The notes below the pieces were generated by a model that saw only the letters and a list, made by a program, of their open reading frames with translations, made no database searches and was not told the origin of the DNA. A DNA stretch of 36,660 nucleotides from Firmicutes bacterium ZCTH02-B6 (GTDB lineage Bacteria > Bacillota > Limnochordia > Limnochordales > ZCTH02-B6), in the NCBI GenBank assembly GCA_002159155.1, contig LZRQ01000026.1:1-36660 (forward strand), given 5' to 3'. This document shows, in pieces, positions 34,590 to 36,660 of the stretch (position 1 is the stretch's first letter; each line of letters opens with the position of its first letter). Position numbers and translations under genes: made by a program.

Positions 34590-35567
34590 ATGCCCTTGAA
34601 ATCTTTCATCGAGCGGTTTCAGGCCGTGCAACCCCGGATGAGCCGCAACCAGCGGGCCATCGCCGAGTACATCCTGGAGCGCCCGGAGGACTGCGCCTTT
34701 CTGACGGCGCGGGAGCTGGGCCAGCGGGTCGGGGTCAGCGAGTCGACTGTCGTGCGGTTCGCGATGGCCGTCGGTTTCCCGGGCTATCCGGACATGCAAC
34801 GGGCCTTGCAAAACAGCCTTAAGCAGCGATTGTCCACCGTCGAGCGGATGCAGGCCGGGCGGGAGGCGGTGCGGGAGCTCAGCGACACGCTGCAGGCCGT
34901 ATGGCGGAACGATGTGGCCAACATCAACCGCACGTTCCAAAACCTGCCCAAGGAAGCTTTTGATCGCGCTGTGGCTATGCTGGCCGGCGCCCGGCGTACC
35001 TACGTCGTCGGCCTGCGCACGTCCGCGTGCGTGGCCGTGCTATTAACCACCGCTTTGCATTACCTGGGCAAGGACGCCGTCCGGGTGGACCTTGGCATCG
35101 GCGACTTTTGGGAGCAGCTGGACATGGCGGGCCCGGAAGACGTGGTGGTAGGCATCAGCGTGCCTCGCTATACGCGCTGGACCGCGGACATGCTGCGGTT
35201 TGTGCGGGGCCGGCGCGTCCCCACCATCGTGATCACCGACAGCCCGCTCTCGCCGCTGGCGGCGTTGGCTGATGTGACGCTGCCGACGGTGACGGACTTT
35301 AATGCCTTCATCGAGTCATTCGCCGCGCCCTTAAGCGTGGTCAATGCCCTCATTCTGGGCGTCGCCCTGCATGACGAAATCCACACCATGCACGTGCTCG
35401 GTGCGAGGGAGGCCCTCTGGCGGGAGCAGCAGCTGTATGAGGACGCATACACCAGTGCGAGGGGGGATGGCACAGGGGTAAACGGGCAGTGGGAACGCCG
35501 GTTGATGCCGCTCACCGATGAGGACAAGCTGCCTTTTGCCGACGACGACAAGCCAAGAGGAGGGTGA
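34590..35567 (+). CDS. MurR/RpiR family transcriptional regulator (HTH + SIS domain)
   Basis: N-terminal HTH_6 pattern (MSRNQRAIAEYILERPEDCAFLTARELGQRVGVSESTVVRFAMAVGFPGY) and a SIS domain (RRTYVVGLRTSACVAVLL...VVVGISVPRYTRWT...). The SD aaggagg ends 1 nt before ATG 34590 and 7 nt before TTG 34596, so TTG may be the real start. An acidic ~45-aa C-terminal tail is present. Confidence 0.88.
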   Translation: MPLKSFIERFQAVQPRMSRNQRAIAEYILERPEDCAFLTARELGQRVGVSESTVVRFAMAVGFPGYPDMQRALQNSLKQRLSTVERMQAGREAVRELSDTLQAVWRNDVANINRTFQNLPKEAFDRAVAMLAGARRTYVVGLRTSACVAVLLTTALHYLGKDAVRVDLGIGDFWEQLDMAGPEDVVVGISVPRYTRWTADMLRFVRGRRVPTIVITDSPLSPLAALADVTLPTVTDFNAFIESFAAPLSVVNALILGVALHDEIHTMHVLGAREALWREQQLYEDAYTSARGDGTGVNGQWERRLMPLTDEDKLPFADDDKPRGG

Positions 35568-35570
35568 CAC

Positions 35571-36533
35571 ATGCGCACTCTGGGAGTTCGCAGCCTTACC
35601 CTGGCGTTGGCCGCAAGCTTGATGCTGGCCTTGCTGGCACCGGTCGCAGGCGCCCAGACGCGGTTTTTGAGCATTTCCACCGGCGGGCCGGGCGGGGTGT
35701 ACTTCCCCTTGGGAGGGGCGATGGCGGATCTCTTGTCGCGGCATATGCCGGGTTTCATCGTCACCGCCGAATCGACGGCCGCGTCCGTCGAGAACGCTCG
35801 CCTGGTGGGCAATGGCTTTTCCGACATGGGCATGGTGCTCGGCAGCGTCGCGTACAACGCCCGCCATGGCCTGCCGCCCTTTGACCAGCCTCTCGACATC
35901 GTCGCGCTGTTTCAAATGTACCCGGCGCCCCAACATATCGTGACCCTCAAGGAGTCTGGGATCACCAGCGTGCACCAACTGCGGGGCCGCCGCGTTTCCA
36001 CCGAGGCGCCGGGCAGCGGCGCGGAAACCATCGCACTGGCCATTTTGGACGTTTACGGCATCGACCCTGACCGGGATTTCACCCGGGCGCGGCTCTCGCA
36101 GAACGAGTCGGCCGAGGCGCTGGTGGACAGGGTCGTCGATGTCGTCTTCCTGAACTTTGCCTATCCGGGCGCAGCCGTGGAGCAGATGGCCACCGTGCGG
36201 GAGATCGACCTGATCTCGCTCGAGGACGACATGCTCGAGCGCATCATCGAGAAGTACCCCTATTTCGTCCGGACGGTCATCCCGGCGGGCACCTACCGCG
36301 GGGTCGACCATGACACCGTGGCGTTGGGCGACTCCAACGTGCTCATCGCTCATCGCTCCATGCCGGACGATGTGGCGTACCAGATCGTAAAGACCATCTA
36401 TGAGAACGCCGCCCAGCTGCACAACGTGCACCCGGTGGCGCTGCAGCTCGTGCCGGAAAACGGCATCCATTCGCCCATCCCGCTGCACCCGGGCGCCGAG
36501 CGGTACTTCCGGGAAATCGGCGTGCTGGAGTGA
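35571..36533 (+). CDS. TAXI-family TRAP transporter solute-binding subunit
   Basis: Signal peptide (LTLALAASLMLALLAPVAGAQ), then FLSISTGGPGGVYFPLGGAMADLL......V.AESTAASVEN..LV..G..D.G. and C-terminal PLHPGAERYFRE, hallmarks of TAXI receptors. Confidence 0.88.
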   Translation: MRTLGVRSLTLALAASLMLALLAPVAGAQTRFLSISTGGPGGVYFPLGGAMADLLSRHMPGFIVTAESTAASVENARLVGNGFSDMGMVLGSVAYNARHGLPPFDQPLDIVALFQMYPAPQHIVTLKESGITSVHQLRGRRVSTEAPGSGAETIALAILDVYGIDPDRDFTRARLSQNESAEALVDRVVDVVFLNFAYPGAAVEQMATVREIDLISLEDDMLERIIEKYPYFVRTVIPAGTYRGVDHDTVALGDSNVLIAHRSMPDDVAYQIVKTIYENAAQLHNVHPVALQLVPENGIHSPIPLHPGAERYFREIGVLE

Positions 36534-36540
36534 GAGGCGG

Positions 36541-36660
36541 ATGACGTACACAGGGAGCGGGCGCCTGTCGGGCGTCCGCTCCTTGGGCCTTGTGCCCCCG
36601 CACGCAGGAGCCTGCGGAGGCCGGTGGCTGGTCGTGGTTCTGGGCTGCGCTGTGGGAGCC
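36541..36660 (+). CDS. Start of a downstream ORF (possibly a TRAP permease or DUF1850 partner), truncated by the window end
   Basis: ATG 36541 is 8 nt after the TAXI stop, with a weak SD (gagagg). Only 40 codons are visible (MTYTGSGRLSGVRSLG...WLVVVLGCAVGA). The assignment rests on the usual TAXI operon order only. Confidence 0.3.
   Translation, partial: MTYTGSGRLSGVRSLGLVPPHAGACGGRWLVVVLGCAVGA

Noticed and set aside
35331-36551. 406-aa ORF on the - strand
   Set aside because: It is antisense to the TAXI receptor and the end of rpiR; no motifs; shadow ORF.
1-36660. Search for CRISPR arrays, tRNA/rRNA genes, prophage or defence-system genes (restriction-modification, toxin-antitoxin, Abi, CBASS, retron-like)
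   Set aside because: I found no regularly spaced repeat arrays, no tRNA-like T-arm/acceptor patterns, and no ORFs with nuclease/helicase/methylase/reverse-transcriptase/integrase motifs apart from the ISL3 transposases. I therefore make no defence-island claim.

Overview
This is a 36.7-kb chromosomal segment from a high-GC, Firmicutes-like genome. It has strong GGAGG-type Shine-Dalgarno sites, frequent GTG/TTG starts, and many long antisense shadow ORFs, as expected for GC-rich DNA.

Gene content, left to right:
- Two paralogous ISL3 insertion sequences lie head-to-tail and cut off a GT4 glycosyltransferase at the edge of a surface-glycan (EPS/O-antigen-like) cluster. The cluster holds a priming sugar transferase, a Wzy/O-antigen-ligase-like protein, two GT2 and one GT4.
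- A divergent MTH1187/DUF763 gene pair.
- A peptide-type ABC importer operon (SBP plus two permeases, no ATPases).
- An AT-richer islet carrying an orphan beta-sandwich ORF.
- MscS-family channel, class-III aminotransferase, NfsA-type nitroreductase, PaaI thioesterase and a universal stress protein.
- A large PAP2-phosphatase/GDPD-phosphodiesterase fusion membrane protein.
- PxpA, YigZ, a DapA-family lyase and an SDR.
- A cobalamin riboswitch with promoter and terminator driving a BtuFCD-like ABC importer.
- Aldo/keto reductase, GabD-like aldehyde dehydrogenase and a YczE-like membrane protein.
- An NAD-dependent sugar epimerase and a small membrane protein.
- An RpiR regulator with a TAXI-type TRAP solute receptor.

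I saw no tRNA/rRNA, CRISPR array, prophage or recognisable defence genes, and no convincing new multi-gene system. The most unusual items are the PAP2-GDPD fusion with its structured leader, the DUF763/MTH1187 pair, the orphan ORF in the AT-rich islet, and the tandem IS arrangement. All functional calls rest on motif recognition by eye; no searches were run.
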